DNA of 6,125 nucleotides from the sequence record PZ049726.1; one strand, given 5' to 3'. The DNA is from a phage. Below, one piece after another: positions 5,823 through 6,125 of this stretch. Both the position numbers and the translations under genes were made by a program. The notes beneath the pieces were generated by a model that worked only from the letters and a program-made list of their open reading frames with translations, was not told the origin of the DNA and ran no database searches. Position 1 is the stretch's first letter; each line of letters opens with the position of its first letter.

Positions 5823-6125
5823 CTATCTACTGTTAAACTTTCTAACTCTACCATGTGTTTTCATATCCATTTCTAATGCGTACCTGGTTGAATCGACGCT
5901 GTGATTGTCTTTATCTTCCAATTTAGGAATAACATTACCATCTTTATCAGTTTGATAATCTATATTCTCAAATTCCTTAGCTGTATTAGGAGTTCTTTTA
6001 TTATCAATAACAATAGCTTCTAAATCATCAAGCCAGTTTTCGCCAAACTCAATACTTCCTGGACCTTTTTTAGCTTTGAGTGCTTTTATTCCTAATTCTC
6101 TAAGTTCTGCAATACTTCGTGGTTC
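5823..6125 (-). CDS. Terminase large subunit, C-terminal (nuclease domain) fragment, PBSX/SPP1-like; starts beyond the window
   Basis: Hand translation from 6125: EPRSIAELRELGIKALKAKKGPGSIEFGENWLDDLEAIVIDNKRTPNTAKEFENIDYQTDKDGNVIPKLEDKDNHSVDSTRYALEMDMKTHGRVRKFNSR*, with TAG at 5823..5825. EPRSIAEL, KG.GSI, EF..Y.Y and NH.vDs.RYAL are the remembered PBSX-type terminase C-terminal motifs. Confidence 0.85.
   Translation of the reverse strand, partial: EPRSIAELRELGIKALKAKKGPGSIEFGENWLDDLEAIVIDNKRTPNTAKEFENIDYQTDKDGNVIPKLEDKDNHSVDSTRYALEMDMKTHGRVRKFNSR

Noticed and set aside
656-5904. Eight plus-strand ORFs of 62-78 aa in the track (656..856, 2585..2773, 2959..3150, 3546..3749, 3952..4149, 4837..5073, 5093..5329, 5704..5904)
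   Set aside because: Each lies antisense within a well-supported minus-strand gene or spans a gene boundary. Their translations are low-complexity and rich in Ser/Leu/Phe/Ile/Cys, as expected from the antisense of AT-rich coding DNA. I saw no RBS for any of them. They are shadow ORFs.
1-6125. Scan for CRISPR repeats, tRNA-like cloverleaves, IS terminal inverted repeats, integrase/att sites and defence or anti-defence gene cassettes
   Set aside because: I found no regularly spaced short repeats, no tRNA-like sequence and no transposase or integrase ORF. Apart from the HNH cassette and small unknown ORFs, every gene belongs to the head-assembly module.

Overview
The window is an AT-rich late (head-assembly) module of an SPP1-like tailed phage or prophage, with the strong AGGAGG ribosome-binding sites typical of Firmicutes/Clostridia. 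All real genes are on the minus strand. In transcription order (high to low coordinates) they are: the 3' end of the terminase large subunit, an SPP1 gp6-type portal, a 60-aa ORF, an SPP1 gp7 / Mu F-type head-morphogenesis protein, an inserted HNH endonuclease gene, two small ORFs (one resembling the N4 Gp49 / Sf6 gp66 family), a GP20-type scaffold protein, an SPP1 gp13-like major capsid protein, and the 5' end of one more gene. The plus-strand ORFs in the track are shadow ORFs. The notable region is 2394..3438. A self-contained cassette (promoter, RBS, HNH gene, terminator-like hairpin; about 760 bp, 2523..3282) lies between two diverged copies of the last 42 codons plus stop of the head-morphogenesis gene. 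By hand alignment the copies share 26/42 aa and 84/129 nt, and 17 of the conserved residues use different synonymous codons. The copy still attached to the gene body is out of frame with it: a 1-nt frame discontinuity sits just upstream of the family's conserved HPN..C motif. I read this as the footprint of a free-standing homing endonuclease that brought a foreign 3' gene end with it and displaced the resident one. No tRNA, rRNA, CRISPR array or transposase was seen. All family assignments come from recalled motifs, not database searches.
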